Below, one piece after another: positions 62,668 to 64,000 of a DNA stretch of 64,000 nucleotides (position 1 is its first letter; every line of letters starts with the position of its first letter). The notes below the pieces were generated by a model. That model did not search any database and was not told the DNA's origin. It saw nothing but the letters and a program-made list of their open reading frames with translations. The position numbers were made by a program, and so were the translations under genes. This stretch comes from Leucoraja ocellata (taxonomy: Eukaryota). The stretch covers positions 806,001 to 870,000 of the forward strand of contig JAWMAR010000471.1 in NCBI GenBank assembly GCA_036785375.1, read 5' to 3'.

Positions 62668-62734
62668 CGGGTACTCCAATTGATGCCAGGATTGGGTAAT
62701 AATAATATTCAACCGACATGTGCATCCGACCCAT
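62668..62734 (-). CDS. GPCR copy 6, exon 1 (MGRMHMSVEYYYYPILASIGVP)
   Basis: Identical to 1454-1520; donor GTATGT. Confidence 0.92.
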
Positions 62735-63694
62735 TTCTCCTTCAAAGCGACCTCGGAAACTCAGTACACAGCTTACAGATGTTATAGTGGGAGGTTAAAC
62801 CGCTTGACATTTATAACCCAAGAAGAAGATTCACGAGTTATTGTGATAACCTCCCTGTGGACATTCATTACGGATTTTGCTCCCGTGTGATGTTATACGA
62901 CAACAATCACGAGGGTGGTCGTTCGCTGCACATGCACCAATTGAGCGCGTACAGAACTAACACACTGTAAAGTAGGATTGCGAAAAATATTTCGCAATTT
63001 AAATATGTTCCACGGAGGTTGCAGCTGCAGAAAGGTCCGACAGAAATATCAGTCAACAACACACGATCCAATGAGGAACTGCAGATGCTGGTTTAAACAG
63101 AAGGTAGACACAAAAAGCCGGACTAACTCAGCGGGACCGACAGCATCTTTGGAGAGAAATAAATGGTTGGCGGTTCGGGTCAAGACCTTCTTCACTGTGA
63201 AGAAGGGTCTCGAACCGAAACGTCACTCCAGCTTTTTCTGTCTATCGTTTGTTTATTCGGAAAACTTGAACTACAGTTCCCAGACACTGACCCAATCCCT
63301 TTAAATTTACCACTATCGATTTCTTCCCAGGTGCTTCCAGTGGGCCCTGTTGAAACATACATTAGAAAGGTTCGTGTGTGTGTTCTTATTTACATTCTTC
63401 ACGGGGAAAGATCAGGGGGAAACCTATGCCCTCTGGTCCTCGATGCACCTACTCTGGAAAGAGACTCGGCATCGTCCCGACCTTATCCTCTATAGTTTGT
63501 ACATCTCGATAAGAACACCCCTCATCCTGCTACACTTCGTGGATAGAGACCCAGCCTACAGAACCTCTCCTCATTACTCATACCCTCTCGTCCTGGAAAC
63601 ATGCTCGTATATCTTTTCTGAACCTTTTCAAGCTTGTCAATATCTTTCCTATAACATGGTGTCCAGAACTTAACAAAAATATTACTGTGCTGTC

Positions 63695-64000
63695 ATTGAT
63701 TGTTGGTCTGCACAGTGCTTGAACTGAATTATAGGTCTGCACTGTGCTTGAACTGATTTATTGGTCAGTTCTACTGTACTTGAACAGAATTATTGGTCTG
63801 CACTGTGCTTGAAGTTAACTATTGGTCTGCACTGTGCTTGAACATAAGTGTTGGTCTGCACTGTGCTTGAACTGTATTGTTGATCTGCACTGTGCCGGAA
63901 CAGAATTGTAGGTCTGCACTGTGCTTGATCTGAATTGTTGTTGTACACTGTGCTTGAACTGAATTGTTGGTCTACAATGTGCTTGAACACAATTGTTTGT
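63695..64000. repeat. 29-bp minisatellite, second copy (runs off the window)
   Basis: Same units as 2479-2921. Confidence 0.95.

Larger units (their letters stand above)
61215..64000 (+). repeat. Segmental duplication copy B (matches 1-2790)
   Basis: ~99% identity. Confidence 0.95.

Overview
Vertebrate genomic DNA, almost certainly from a cartilaginous fish, covering part of a T-cell receptor alpha/delta-type V region. On the minus strand there is a complete NAR-TCR-type cassette: leader, IgNAR-like V with a 22-bp-spacer RSS, one 12/12 D, a J with a 23-RSS, and an apparently leaderless 'supporting' TCR-delta V with a 23-RSS. One conventional leader-bearing TCR V-alpha/delta segment lies further downstream. 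These segments are interleaved with six copies of a two-exon GPR139/GPR142-like class A GPCR: four complete ORFs, one truncated by the window edge and one pseudogene. Differences between close GPCR paralogs cluster strongly in the extracellular loops. The first ~2.8 kb of the window recurs at ~99% identity 61,214 bp later, and a ~5.5 kb GPCR-containing block is duplicated internally. The rest is dense in retroelements (CR1, Penelope-like with hammerhead-like motifs, Rex1/Babar, a CORE-type SINE), MITEs and a 29-bp minisatellite, with seven assembly gaps. All calls come from manual reading and translation; no database search was possible.
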